Part shown: piece by piece, positions 37,442 through 47,564 of the stretch | Numbering within the stretch: the first letter of the stretch is position 1 | Layout: each line of letters starts with the position of its first letter | Assembly (NCBI GenBank): GCA_963666425.2 | Contig: OY762825.2 | Location: 448,001 to 512,000 of the forward strand | Length of the DNA stretch: 64,000 nt | Direction: 5' to 3' | Origin: Bacillota bacterium | GTDB taxonomy: Bacteria > Bacillota > JAAYKD01 | Notes under the pieces: generated by a model | What the model was told of the DNA's origin: nothing | Databases searched by the model: none | Seen by the model: only the letters and a program-made list of their open reading frames with translations | Made by a program: the position numbers and the translations under genes

Positions 37442-38890
37442 TCATTTTATGGTTACTCTTTCGCATGTCACGTCAAGCGAAAACCAAAAAACATCGTTCT
37501 TTTTTTCTTTTGCCTTATATAATGCAGTATCGGCCAGCTCAATCAACTCAAATTCATTCTTTATGTTGTTCCAAGCAGTAACTCCGCCAATGGAAACAGT
37601 GACTCGAACCCCCGACTTCATCTTTCCGTTATGAAAGTCAAAAGCCTCAATATTTTGCCTGATTTTTTCTGCGATCAATGTCCCTTCGCTTTGGTTAATA
37701 CCGGGCAAAATAATTAGTATTTCTTCTCCGCCGTACCTGCAAACAATGTTCGACGTCTCAACGCTGTTTTTAATCAAGTCGGAAATATTTATTAGGACGT
37801 AATCGCCGCAGGAATGGCCCCACATGTCATTAAATTTTTTGAAATTGTCGATGTCTAACATAAGAGCCGAAATGCTGATGTTAAAATGTTGAGAAGATTT
37901 AAATATTTTTTCGATTAAGGGAAAAGCATATCTTCTGGAAAGCAGCCCGGTCAGTGGATCAGTTTTTGCATCCTTCCCCAAGATAATCAATTTGCGTCGA
38001 ACATCGTAATTAACAATGTTCTGCCTCAGAATTGCAAGTGTAAGCAGAATAATCCCGAAATCTTTTACAGGTTTCATCAGAAACGAAGCATTGGAAAATC
38101 TTATTAAACAATAAAAATAGACTACCAGATAAGCCAAAATCAATCCGTTTATTAATGTTGGGAATATTCTGGATTTTGAACGTTCCTGATACAAATCAAT
38201 TGTAGTATAATCAACATTGGTTTTATTGCTTTTTATTAGTAAGAGAATAATAATAAGCATAACAAATCCAAGTAATTGCAGATAATCCCCAAGTCCATAG
38301 GAGCTTACGGGGAATATAGCTTCAAAAGCAAATAATAAATCACCAATCGTCCAGATTAAGGCACTTACAGTTAATGGAGTAAAAATTATTTCATCGCTTA
38401 ATATATAGACTTTGCTGGTATAAACATAATAGCCTAGCAGCGCAAAATCTAGGATAGGATAAACAATATTTATAGCTTTGTCAAAATCAAAAACGGGAAG
38501 CAAAAGTTGCGTGGAAAGTAAAGAACGGTCAAAATAGTAAAATATTAAATATGAAAAAACAGAAACAATTAAAAAATCTATAGTAGGTAGCTCCCAAGTT
38601 ATAAGTTTTATATTTCCCCCTAGCGTTGGATTTTTTATCAGATTCTTAGTTCTTTGCTTTAAGTATAGAAATATTGAAAAGTAAAATAAACCATAAAAAA
38701 TGGAATCTATGGGTATATTCATGGGTTTGCTAATTATGTCGAAGCACAATGATCCCAGAATATAAAAGATATCTGCTGAAATAAAGTATAAAAATTCTCT
38801 GTCTCTGTCCCTATGATAACGCCATAAGAAAAAGATAAGCGTTAACACGCAGATAAAAAGCGTATAATCCTGTGTAATTAATTTAAGCAT
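37442..38890 (-). CDS. Membrane-bound diguanylate cyclase (GGDEF)
   Basis: Multi-TM N-terminus; TDPLTGL, LDIDNFKKFND.WGH..GD, RYGGEE and ADTALYKAK. Confidence 0.9.
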   Translation of the reverse strand: MLKLITQDYTLFICVLTLIFFLWRYHRDRDREFLYFISADIFYILGSLCFDIISKPMNIPIDSIFYGLFYFSIFLYLKQRTKNLIKNPTLGGNIKLITWELPTIDFLIVSVFSYLIFYYFDRSLLSTQLLLPVFDFDKAINIVYPILDFALLGYYVYTSKVYILSDEIIFTPLTVSALIWTIGDLLFAFEAIFPVSSYGLGDYLQLLGFVMLIIILLLIKSNKTNVDYTTIDLYQERSKSRIFPTLINGLILAYLVVYFYCLIRFSNASFLMKPVKDFGIILLTLAILRQNIVNYDVRRKLIILGKDAKTDPLTGLLSRRYAFPLIEKIFKSSQHFNISISALMLDIDNFKKFNDMWGHSCGDYVLINISDLIKNSVETSNIVCRYGGEEILIILPGINQSEGTLIAEKIRQNIEAFDFHNGKMKSGVRVTVSIGGVTAWNNIKNEFELIELADTALYKAKEKKNDVFWFSLDVTCERVTIK

Positions 38891-38926
38891 TGCTCCGTTC
38901 CTCACTGACATCGTAGCTATAATTCG

Positions 38927-38974
38927 AAAAGCAAGGAAGATCGGTATTGACTTTTACCGATCTTCCTGCTTTTT
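38927..38974. terminator. Intrinsic terminator-like hairpin upstream of the GGDEF gene
   Basis: AAAAGCA(A)GGAAGATCGGTA...TACCGATCTTCCTGCTTTT. Confidence 0.65.
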
Positions 38975-39158
38975 GCATGATAATTCACGGTGAAAAGCTC
39001 TCACCATGAGGGTTATTATAGTTTAGTTATATAGATATTATACTCCAAAGGCACTATTCTCCCAACCACTATCTCAAATCATCTTCGGGGACTGCCAAAT
39101 GGTCTATGTAGTTTATGACTTCCTCATAAGTAAGCTTACGTCCCTGTTGCCATTCAAG

Positions 39159-39260
39159 TGAGTACACCGGAGCAGTTGAGCCACCGGTCCGGGAGCCGAG
39201 AACCACTGTCCTGGTGGAGTGAGAGCCATCTTACCGGAAAAAAGAGAGCCACTTGTAGGA
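39159..39260 (+). mobile_element. IS21-family terminal repeat remnant
   Basis: TGAGTACACCGGAGCAG-TTGAGCCA start with internal GAGCCA repeats; similar to 49212-49280. Confidence 0.55.
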
Positions 39261-39479
39261 CATATCCTTTATACTGTATTCATGTGTGTTTTGTCAAGAG
39301 GAAATCCCTGAACTTTTCAAGATGAATTCCCAGAAATAATCACGAGCAATCCCGGAAAAAATCATCGAGGTTATTTAACAGATTGACGTATCAAAGCATG
39401 AGTCATCCGGTAGCTTTGACCCTCAAAAATCAAAAGATGACCATGGTGAACCAAACGGTCAATCATGGCAGCGGCCATC

Positions 39480-39772
39480 TGTCACATCCATAACAAAAAG
39501 TCTCAAACCTGTATTTCTTCCGGCCTCTCGGGTTCCAATTATCAACAATTCTCTCAACAGGCATTCTACAACCCCACATACAACTGCTACACTTACTATC
39601 ATATGTCCTGGCTGCCAGCCTGTAGTGTCCTCTTTCTCTATATACTTCCAGTTCCGGCGGCACCAGTTCCCAGGGCGATGAGGTGTTGCCGCTGGTATTA
39701 TTTCGTCTGATGGAGTTTAAGCTTAGCAACCTTATAGAAATCAACCGCTTCCGTGTTTGCGTCGGTTACTGG
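39480..39772 (-). pseudogene. 3' part of a conserved hypothetical gene truncated by an IS66 end
   Basis: PPELEVYRERGHYRLAARTYDSKCSSCMWGCRMPVE...FETFCYG; about 155 bp duplicated at 41107-41263. Confidence 0.6.
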
Positions 39773-40136
39773 GTAAACGTCAAATAACACACACATAGTC
39801 AAACAAGTCAAGAAATGAGATATTACCTCCAAAAGGAGGTGTAGTCATGGAAACAACAAAAACGCAAAAGTGCAAGAAATACACGAATCCAGAAAAGGCC
39901 GAGCTGCTAATTTTGTATCAGTGCAGCGGAATGTCAGCAAAAACATGGTGTGAAGAAAACGGCATTGGCGTCAGCACACTGCAAAAATGGCTGAATCTTG
40001 ACAGAAAGCAAGCAGACACGAAAGTAACGCAACATTGGGCAGCAATTGCGGTATTGCCTAAAGCCGGAGGCCGCACGGTGCTTTTGCAAGCGGGGAAATT
40101 CAGTATTGAGGTGATGTACCGATCGCCCAATCCAAT
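39773..40136 (+). mobile_element. Truncated IS66-family element: left IR plus tnpA (39847 onward)
   Basis: GTAAACGTCAAATAACAC end; TnpA-like SGMSAKTWCEENGIGVSTLQKW; paralogous end at 48694. Confidence 0.7.
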
Positions 40137-40451
40137 CTATTTCTTCTTACCTAAATTTGCGTAGTACTCCGCTCCTCTAGTTATACCGTGCTGCATATTC
40201 TTTCCTTTCTCTTCTCTGAGCAATTTGTCAATCGCTTCGGCCACTCGTTTACTGTCACCTGTATCAACGGGGTATGATGGGTTTTCCTGTTCTGCAATTT
40301 TTTTGTCATACACCATCCGGACCTTGATTACTGACTGCAAAATGCCATCCCAGTCCTCATCCCCAACAGAAATTTCATATTCCGTGCCACTCGGATACGG
40401 CTTACTTGCCGGAATCGTCAGGCTTTTTCTTGGGAGAAATCTTCTTGCCAT
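40137..40451 (-). CDS. Hypothetical protein
   Basis: 104-aa ORF with AGAGGA RBS; no recognisable motif. Confidence 0.6.
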   Translation of the reverse strand: MARRFLPRKSLTIPASKPYPSGTEYEISVGDEDWDGILQSVIKVRMVYDKKIAEQENPSYPVDTGDSKRVAEAIDKLLREEKGKNMQHGITRGAEYYANLGKKK

Positions 40452-40508
40452 TCATATCCTCTTTCCTCTCGTCTTCACTGGTGGTCAATTGATCTTCCTC
40501 CCCGTTTT

Positions 40509-40940
40509 TCACACAGTCACCTGTTTCCTTTCGTACAGCCATACCACCAGCATGCCAATGGCGACACCCACCAACACACCAGAAAAATCCAGCCAGACAT
40601 CGCTAATCTGATCTCCGCGGCCGGAGAAGATTTGAATTGTTTCGTCAATCAACGCAGCGAGGAGCCCCAGGTTAAGGGCTGAGAACATACGCTTCCAAGA
40701 AGCTACAAAGAGCAGCGCCATCTCAAAGCCCAGCAGCGAGAACTCAAACAAATGCGCCATCTTGCGCACGGTCGTATCGGTTACCGTTGCTTTGCCGGTC
40801 ACGGCTTGTTGGATTGGCTGAACGACCGTACTTGTTACTGCATGGCTGTTAGCAGATGATTCGGCAACAGACAGTGCCGATTGTCCCCAGATAAAAAGCA
40901 GCGTGAGAAAAATCAGAACGATCAGGATTTTACGCTTCAA
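40509..40940 (-). CDS. VanZ family membrane protein
   Basis: VRKMAHLFEF.LLG, DETIQIF.GR....DVWLD.SG. Confidence 0.88.
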   Translation of the reverse strand: MKRKILIVLIFLTLLFIWGQSALSVAESSANSHAVTSTVVQPIQQAVTGKATVTDTTVRKMAHLFEFSLLGFEMALLFVASWKRMFSALNLGLLAALIDETIQIFSGRGDQISDVWLDFSGVLVGVAIGMLVVWLYERKQVTV

Positions 40941-41106
40941 TCATTTCACGTTCCTCTCTCTTCGTATTTCGTGCAAGTCATGCCTCGCCCCTACATTTCT
41001 CCACGCGCTCCTATTCATCTATATCCCTATGCTCTGTATTTTGCTGGTCAACCCAATCTTCCTCAACATACACCGCCCCGTTCCGACCTTCCACCTTCCG
41101 GTTCGG

Positions 41107-41482
41107 GCCAGCCTGCGGTGTCCTCTTTCTCTATATACTTCCAGTTCCGGCGGCACCAGTTCCCAGGGCGATGAGGTGTTGCCGCTGGTATTATTTCGGC
41201 TGATGAGTTTATGCTTAGCAACCTTATAGAAATCAACCGGTTCCGTGTTTGGGTCGGTTACTGGTAAGCAATCTCCGGAGATAGTGTCGTTGACTTTGAA
41301 TTGATGTTCGGTATGAGCTGCTTTGCCGATGCCGATGGAGAAGTTGGTTTGCTGGTTGTCCAACTCCCCCTCCAATTGAATGGCATAGCCCAAATAAGTA
41401 TGAGAGGCTTCATGAAATGAACGCGTCAGTCTTATTCTTGGCTGGATTTTATAATTCTTCCTTGAAAGGTTGATTTATCCAT
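41107..41482 (-). pseudogene. 5' part of the same conserved hypothetical gene (frameshifted, truncated)
   Basis: ATG at 41482 with GGAGG RBS; MDKSTFQGRII/IQPRIRLTRSFHEASHTYLGY; 1-base loss in an A run near 41447-41450; similarity to the 39.6-kb copy ends at RLA. Confidence 0.6.
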
Positions 41483-41554
41483 GTTGGGTTTGCCTCCTGA
41501 TTAAAAAAATATTATGGGGTATTTTTCCTGGTTACATGTTCATGTACAAGAAGT

Positions 41555-41716
41555 AAATAAAAACCGGTTACATTTCTGTAACCGGTTAAGTTGTATGAGA
41601 ATCAGGTGGGGTGACATTCCCACATCTCCAAACAAAGGGTGACGGCTGCCCGTTCCGTCCTCTGATTCTCATTTCCTTCGCTATTACAGTATAAGTTATT
41701 TTAACAAGATTGTCAG
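41555..41716 (-). ncRNA. Candidate small structured RNA with its own promoter and terminator
   Basis: CTGACA-17-TATACT promoter; 11-bp closing helix ATGAGAATCAG/CTGATTCTCAT enclosing two hairpins; terminator AACCGGTTACA/TGTAACCGGTT + T tract. Confidence 0.5.
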
Positions 41717-41729
41717 CGCCCACTCTTCC

Positions 41730-42240
41730 CTAATACTTCCTCCAAACCATGCGATCGACAATGCCCGTGTAGCTCTGTATGATCTTGACAACCATGCTGC
41801 TCACATTCAAATCGGCATAATCCGGCACGGGAATGCCAAAATTGCCGTTCCGATTCATCTCTACTGCCGTATCCACCGCCTGCAAGACTTGCTCTATGGT
41901 AATACCGGCCAGAATGAAATTGCCTTTGTCCATTGCTTCCGGACGTTCGGTAGAAGTGCGGATGCAAACTGCCGGGAACGGTTTGCCAATGGCATTGAAG
42001 AAGCTTGCTTCTTCCGGTAGGGTGCCGCTATCGGAAACCACACAAAACGCATTCATCTGCAGATGGTTGTAATCGGAAAAGCCAAAAGGTTTGAGGCTGC
42101 GCACGTTGGCATGAAAAACAAACTGGCGCTGCTCAATAAACTTTACCGCCCACGGATGGCAGCTGTAGATCACCGGTATCTGATATTTCTTCGCCATGGC
42201 ATTGACCGCATTCATCAGCTGCAAGAAATTGGTTTCGGTT
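41730..42240 (-). pseudogene. wecB: 3' half of a non-hydrolysing UDP-N-acetylglucosamine 2-epimerase family gene (copy 1)
   Basis: VIYSCHP, SDSGTLPEE, IRTSTERPE and terminal MVWRKY; N-terminal half absent. Confidence 0.8.
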
Positions 42241-42266
42241 GACAGATCCGAAAAAAACATCGATCA

Positions 42267-43712
42267 TTACATTCCTTTTCTAAAGTTATTTGTTCCAAAT
42301 AACTTACTATATTGATCCAATGCATATTGATCTGTCATTCCTGCAATATAGTCGCATACTTTTCTGTTTATAAGTCGTATAAATTTAGGGTCTCTTTTCT
42401 CGTTATTCTGAAAAAGCAAGGCATTCAATTTGTTCCTGCAATCAAAGTCAACTTCTACTTTATTTCCAGAATAATCTTCGATAATTAACCGAATTGTATT
42501 GTCTGGAAGTAATTTAGGGTTTCTTACATAAGAAATGAACAATTGTTTGATTAAATAGTCAGCTTTTTCATCCATAATCTGTGCTGTTTCAGAGAATATT
42601 ACTCTCGAAGACAAGAATTTTTTAAATTCTTTATCTCTCTGAATAAAGTCATCGAAGTCTTCATCATTAATTTCATCAAAATCTTTGAACAATTTCAAAA
42701 TCTGATCTTTAGTAAATGACTCCGATTTACAGTCAAAATTCTTATGAAGGCTTTTAAATCTATAAGCAAAGTGCTTAGCATAAACAATTCTGTAAAACCC
42801 GATGAGAAACGAGGAAAGCCTTGAAAGAAAAGTAGATTTATCTGCTGCTATAACAGATGAGTTAATGCTACGGAGTAACTCAAGTTCTGATCGATTTGGA
42901 ATAGTGTACGAAGAAAAAAAATCATGAATTTTATCAATCATTTCTGATGGTGTCAACAGCCCTGCATAAAGGCCATCTTCAATATCGTGGTGCCGTTGAG
43001 CTATTTCATCAGCATATTGTACTACCATAGCTTCAAAAGTTCTACCTTCATTTACTGAAGCAATGAGTTCATCATATACACTTAGTTCTGTTAACCCATT
43101 TAAAGGACAGGTATCGAACTCATTTCGATTTAAACACTTATTCTCAAGTTCGCTATAAAAACCGCACTGTTTGTATTTTAGATCCGTGTGATTGGAAATA
43201 CCCCATAATGTATAGTTTGTAAGGTTCAAACCATCATACCGCGGAGTTATTTTTTCAAGCGTTTTCAAAACCCGTAAACCCTGCAAATTATGTTTAAATC
43301 CTGCACAGCAAGAAAAATCAGTAGGCATATTGTCAACTCGTATACAACCGTTCATGAACATATTTAGGGTTCTTTCTCCAACATGACCAAAGGGTGTATG
43401 ACCTACATCATGCCCCAAAGCAATAGCCTCCGCAAGATTTGAATTTAAACCTAAATTAGAGGACATTGCTTTAGAAATATGAGCCACTTCAAGAGTATGA
43501 GTTAAGCGTGTACGCATATTGTCGTCAAATCCCGCAACAAAGACTTGGGTTTTACCACTAAGTCTACGGAATTCTTTTGAATATAAAATTCTATCTCGGT
43601 CTTTTTTAAATTCATCACGTAAGGGATCCAAATCTTCTGCAAATTCTCTTTTTGCTAAGTTTGTTTTTGCACAGAACAGTTTACCCGAATTGAGTATTTC
43701 AGTGGAATTCAA
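42267..43712 (-). CDS. dgt: dNTP triphosphohydrolase (dGTPase, HD family), possibly antiphage
   Basis: DRDRILYSKEFRRLSGKTQV, RTRLTHTLEVA, LGHDVGHTPFGHVGE, FKHNLQG, ADEIA...HDIED and DYIAGMTDQYA; AT-rich relative to its flanks. Confidence 0.9.
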   Translation of the reverse strand: MNSTEILNSGKLFCAKTNLAKREFAEDLDPLRDEFKKDRDRILYSKEFRRLSGKTQVFVAGFDDNMRTRLTHTLEVAHISKAMSSNLGLNSNLAEAIALGHDVGHTPFGHVGERTLNMFMNGCIRVDNMPTDFSCCAGFKHNLQGLRVLKTLEKITPRYDGLNLTNYTLWGISNHTDLKYKQCGFYSELENKCLNRNEFDTCPLNGLTELSVYDELIASVNEGRTFEAMVVQYADEIAQRHHDIEDGLYAGLLTPSEMIDKIHDFFSSYTIPNRSELELLRSINSSVIAADKSTFLSRLSSFLIGFYRIVYAKHFAYRFKSLHKNFDCKSESFTKDQILKLFKDFDEINDEDFDDFIQRDKEFKKFLSSRVIFSETAQIMDEKADYLIKQLFISYVRNPKLLPDNTIRLIIEDYSGNKVEVDFDCRNKLNALLFQNNEKRDPKFIRLINRKVCDYIAGMTDQYALDQYSKLFGTNNFRKGM

Positions 43713-43880
43713 AAAAACACCTCACTCATTGAATTTCGTAAGCACATATCAATATAAAACTATTTGCGTAAAAAAGCCTTACGTTTCCAGGCCTTTATTT
43801 ATTTTTTACTACTTGATCTTTGATATTGGGCTACACTGAGCATTCCGCTGTCTCCCCACGTGCCTCCCCGCTCTGCCCCC

Positions 43881-44351
43881 CTAATACTTCCTCCAAACCA
43901 TACGATCGACAATGCCCGTGTAGCTCTGTATGATCTTTACTACCTTGCTGCTCACATTCAAATCGGCATAATCCGGCACGGGGATGCCAAAATCGCCGTT
44001 CCGATTCATCTCCACTGCCGTATCCACCGCCTGCAAGACTTGTTCTGTGGTAATACCGGCCAGAATGAAATTGCCTTTATCCATCGCTTCCGGGCGTTCG
44101 GTAGAAGTGCGGATGCAAACTGCCGGGAACGGTTTGCCAATGGCATTGAAGAAGCTCGCTTCTTCCGGCAGGGTGCCACTATCGGAAACCACACAAAACG
44201 CATTCATCTGCAGATGGCTGTAATCCGAAAAGCCAAAGGGTTTGAGGCTGCGCACATTGGCATGAAAATGAAACTGGCGCTGCTCAATAAACTTTGCCAC
44301 CCGCGGATGGCAGCTGTAGATCACCGGCATCTGATATTTCTCTGCCATGGC
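43881..44351 (-). pseudogene. wecB: 3' half of a wecB-family gene (copy 2), direct repeat of 41730-42200
   Basis: Near-identical protein fragment to copy 1 (AMAEKYQMPVIYSCHP...MVWRKY). Confidence 0.8.
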
Positions 44352-44508
44352 ACTAACAACGCTTCTATGGGCTGGGCTCATGAAGTAGCATTCGAACCAA
44401 TAGTATTTATCTCAAAATTAACATCATCTATCTTGACTCATATTACATTTTATGGTAATATTATGTAGCTAGATGATGTTCTGAAATTATATAGAAAGGA
44501 GAAAAGCT

Positions 44509-44688
44509 ATGCTGAAACCTGGGAACAAAGCTCCGAAATCAGGTCAATATGGTATTGTTGGTCCACACGGCGGTAAAATTAACAAAGAAGTTACAGTGGT
44601 AAAAGGCGAGCCATTACCACCAACAGAAAAACCAGGTCAGGGTTATGTATTGAATGACCCAACAAATAACAAGTCAGGAAAACCATAA
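44509..44688 (+). CDS. YjzC family protein (59 aa, below the ORF-track cutoff)
   Basis: MLKPGNKAPKSGQYGIVGPHGGKINKEVTVVKGEPLPPTEKPGQGYVLNDPT...; AAAGGAG RBS. Confidence 0.8.
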   Translation: MLKPGNKAPKSGQYGIVGPHGGKINKEVTVVKGEPLPPTEKPGQGYVLNDPTNNKSGKP

Positions 44689-44788
44689 AATCAAACCAGG
44701 TTACGCTGCCAATATCTTTTGGCAGCCTTTTTTATAAATACAAATAAGAGATTAGGTCATATATGATCCGGATTTTTTCTCTTCATAC

Positions 44789-45397
44789 TTATTTTGGTAA
44801 ATTTGCGTGGAAGTGTTCGATAAATTTAATCTGAAGTTTCAAAGGGCATTCCTCTTCTTTGTATCCTTGATCATTAAGATATTCAAAAAAATCAGCATTG
44901 AAATCCATAAACAGATTTGTGATTTTCCTTGGACTCCATTTATTTGGGATATCCTCGTTTTCAATAAACCAACTTGTTACTATTTTGATTAATTGCTGTA
45001 CATCGTTGTTGTGATACTTAAGGTCAATGCCAGAAATATCAGAAATCGCTTTTTCGTGTTTGTATTTTTCTGCTCCCATAATCATGATTTTTTTCTGTTT
45101 ACCGCTCTCTGAATTCACAAAGTGCTTATAACCATAATCCAAGCCCAATTCAAAGGGCATATTTAACCTATAATACTCAAAGGGAGTAGTCGCTTGTATT
45201 CTGGATAAGTCATGTACGCTAATTCTTGCTTCATTAATTAAACCGGTTATATTCTCCATTCTACTTGTTCCAGCATCGGAATATTCAAGAGCAAGTCTGG
45301 GTACATAACCTAATGTAACAACAGTAAATATTAAACTTCTTAGTAGTTGAGCAAAATCTTTGTCATAAGGGCAATTAATGAATACATTCATATTCAT
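44789..45397 (-). CDS. Conserved protein with predicted TIR / nucleoside deoxyribosyltransferase-like fold
   Basis: VFINCPYD, SVHDLSR, NMPFELGLDYG and AISDISGID; the fold assignment is an inference. Confidence 0.6.
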   Translation of the reverse strand: MNMNVFINCPYDKDFAQLLRSLIFTVVTLGYVPRLALEYSDAGTSRMENITGLINEARISVHDLSRIQATTPFEYYRLNMPFELGLDYGYKHFVNSESGKQKKIMIMGAEKYKHEKAISDISGIDLKYHNNDVQQLIKIVTSWFIENEDIPNKWSPRKITNLFMDFNADFFEYLNDQGYKEEECPLKLQIKFIEHFHANLPK

Positions 45398-45633
45398 TTT
45401 CTTGCCCCTTTCTTTGTACTACTATTTTTAGTATTCAAAGTTGATGAATCCGCTGACTCGATTCTTCCATCTATTGAATGTATATAAAGACTAACATTTT
45501 GATTCATCGCTATTTTTTTCCCATATACAGTTGCTTCACGCTTCGTATCGAATGTTCTAGATGCTTTAAGTGAACCTGCTTTTTTAACACTCCATTTACA
45601 TCCATTTGGAATGACGTGTTGCGCGTTCTTCAT
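45394..45633 (-). CDS. DUF2188 domain protein
   Basis: QHVIP...WSVKKAG..KASRTFDTK.EA...GKKIA.NQ...LYIH..DGRI; overlaps the next gene by ATGA. Confidence 0.85.
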   Translation of the reverse strand: MKNAQHVIPNGCKWSVKKAGSLKASRTFDTKREATVYGKKIAMNQNVSLYIHSIDGRIESADSSTLNTKNSSTKKGARK

Positions 45634-45757
45634 ATGTTATCTCCTTCCTACAGGTATAATACAGCATTGGAAAGCAAAAAAGCACCATTCTTATTAATAT
45701 CTACTCCCTGCAATAATATCTGCTAAAATAAATTTACTTTTAATTATCGTTTCATGT

Positions 45758-45853
45758 GTTCGATGGAAGTGCTGATGCAAATTGCCGGGATCGGTTTGTC
45801 AATGAAGATAAAGAAACTTGCTTCCCCCCTGATAAGGTTCCGCTATCGAAAAC
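45758..45853 (-). pseudogene. Highly degenerate third wecB remnant
   Basis: Aligns by eye with 41945-42038 (the SDSG...PFPAVCIRTSTER segment). Confidence 0.6.
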
Positions 45854-45893
45854 TATTTATAGTTGCTTTTTTCTGATATGCAAAACAACTTTC

Positions 45894-47378
45894 TTAATCT
45901 CTTCTAAATAAATCTCTCGTATATACTTTTTCACGCACATCATCCAAGCAACAGTCATATCGATTGGCGATGATGGAATTGCTCTGTTGCTTAAAAATCA
46001 GGAGATCGTTCACGACCTTGCTGCCGAAAAAAGTTGTACCATTCTCGAGTGACGGCTCATAGATAATGACCGTTGCACCTTTTGCTTTGATGCGCTTCAT
46101 AATTCCTTGAATCGAACTCTGGCGGAAATTATCGGAATTAGCCTTCATAGTCAAACGGTAGACGCCAATTATACAATTTTTTTCCTTATTTTTATCCCAA
46201 GCACTATTCGCCTCATAATATCCAGCAAGATGCAGCACACGGTCAGCAATAAAGTCTTTGCGGGTACGATTACTCTCCACAATCGCTCCAATCAGGTTCT
46301 CCGGCACATCGGTATAGTTTGCTAGCAGTTGCTTTGTATCTTTTGGCAGACAGTAACCGCCATAACCAAATGAGGGGTTATTGTAGTGAGTACCGATGCG
46401 TGGATCAAGGCACACTCCGTTGATGATCTGCTGCGTACTAAGACCTTTTATCTCCGCGTAAGTGTCCAGCTCGTTGAAGAAGCTGACACGCAGCGCAAGG
46501 TATGTATTGGCAAATAACTTGACCGCTTCTGCTTCAGTGAAGTTCATATACAGCGTGTCAATGTTTTCTTTGATCGCTCCCTCCTGCAGGAGGCTGGCAA
46601 AAGTATGAGCAACTTCCACTAATTGTTTGTCCTCCATATCCGTACCAACAATAATACGGCTTGGATACAAATTGTCATATAATGCTTTACTCTCGCGCAG
46701 GAACTCTGGGCTGAAGATGATGTTCTTACTGCCGGTTTTTTCACGTATATGTCTGGTATAACCCACTGGGATGGTGGATTTTATCACCATTATAGCATTC
46801 GGATTATGCTGCATTACCTGCATAATAACAGATTCCATAACGGAAGTATCGAAAAAATTCTTCTGACTATCATAATTTGTAGGTGCGGCAATTATTACAA
46901 AATCCGTATCTGAATAAGCTGCCTTTGCATCCAGGGTGGCAAACAGGTTCAGTTTTCTTGTCGCAAGATACTCTTCGATTTCCGTGTCCTGAATGGGAGA
47001 TTTTTTTTGATTGATCAAATTCACTTTCTCTGGAATAATATCAACAATTCTCACTTCGTTATGCTGTGCAAGCAAGACGGCAAGAGACAATCCTACATAT
47101 CCCGCACCGGCAACTGTTATGGTCATTTTCTTGTGTTCTCCCATCTTATTCTCAACTGAAATTTTCTCTTGCTCGAACAATTCATCTATATCAAAGCCAA
47201 GCACTTTACCCAGTTTCTCTAATTGTGAAATCGATGGAATATAGTCCATACGTTCTATACGGCCAATCATCGCTCGGTTGATACCTGTATACTCACTCAG
47301 CTGTTCCTGAGTATAACCTTTTGTATCACGTTTCATTTTCACAATTTTCCCCAGTGATTCTCGCGAAAAGCTCCTCAT
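45894..47378 (-). CDS. ugd: UDP-glucose 6-dehydrogenase with N-terminal XRE HTH fusion
   Basis: [25 protein letters not shown], then [24 protein letters not shown] and [10 protein letters not shown]. Confidence 0.93.
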   Translation of the reverse strand: MRSFSRESLGKIVKMKRDTKGYTQEQLSEYTGINRAMIGRIERMDYIPSISQLEKLGKVLGFDIDELFEQEKISVENKMGEHKKMTITVAGAGYVGLSLAVLLAQHNEVRIVDIIPEKVNLINQKKSPIQDTEIEEYLATRKLNLFATLDAKAAYSDTDFVIIAAPTNYDSQKNFFDTSVMESVIMQVMQHNPNAIMVIKSTIPVGYTRHIREKTGSKNIIFSPEFLRESKALYDNLYPSRIIVGTDMEDKQLVEVAHTFASLLQEGAIKENIDTLYMNFTEAEAVKLFANTYLALRVSFFNELDTYAEIKGLSTQQIINGVCLDPRIGTHYNNPSFGYGGYCLPKDTKQLLANYTDVPENLIGAIVESNRTRKDFIADRVLHLAGYYEANSAWDKNKEKNCIIGVYRLTMKANSDNFRQSSIQGIMKRIKAKGATVIIYEPSLENGTTFFGSKVVNDLLIFKQQSNSIIANRYDCCLDDVREKVYTRDLFRRD

Positions 47379-47425
47379 ATCAACACCCCTCATATGCTTC
47401 TTAAATTATCATATACAATACAGCA

Positions 47426-47454
47426 ATGGTACGGTAAACGCCAACAAATGTCAA
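47426..47454 (-). promoter_or_regulatory. sigma-A promoter of HTH-ugd
   Basis: TTGACA-17 bp-TACCAT. Confidence 0.55.
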
Positions 47455-47520
47455 TTAAATAAAATAATATTTACTCAAAATTAACTTATGCTGTTAAAAA
47501 TAACATCATCGGCAAAATAT

Positions 47521-47551
47521 AAGGGGTTTCCGAAATTGAAACCCCTTTTTT
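47521..47551. terminator. Terminator-like hairpin after the epimerase gene
   Basis: AAGGGGTTTC-CGAAATT-GAAACCCCTT + T run. Confidence 0.6.
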
Positions 47552-47564
47552 AGTTTTTTGTGAC

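Noticed and set aside
39045-39130. Possible c-di-GMP-II riboswitch upstream of the GGDEF gene
   Set aside because: Only loose resemblance; the conserved GGCAC/GUGCAACC pseudoknot elements could not be placed.
40509-40940. VanZ and the APH-like kinase (13064-14029) as antibiotic resistance genes
   Set aside because: Both belong to broad families; there is no van cluster context or specific similarity to characterised resistance enzymes.
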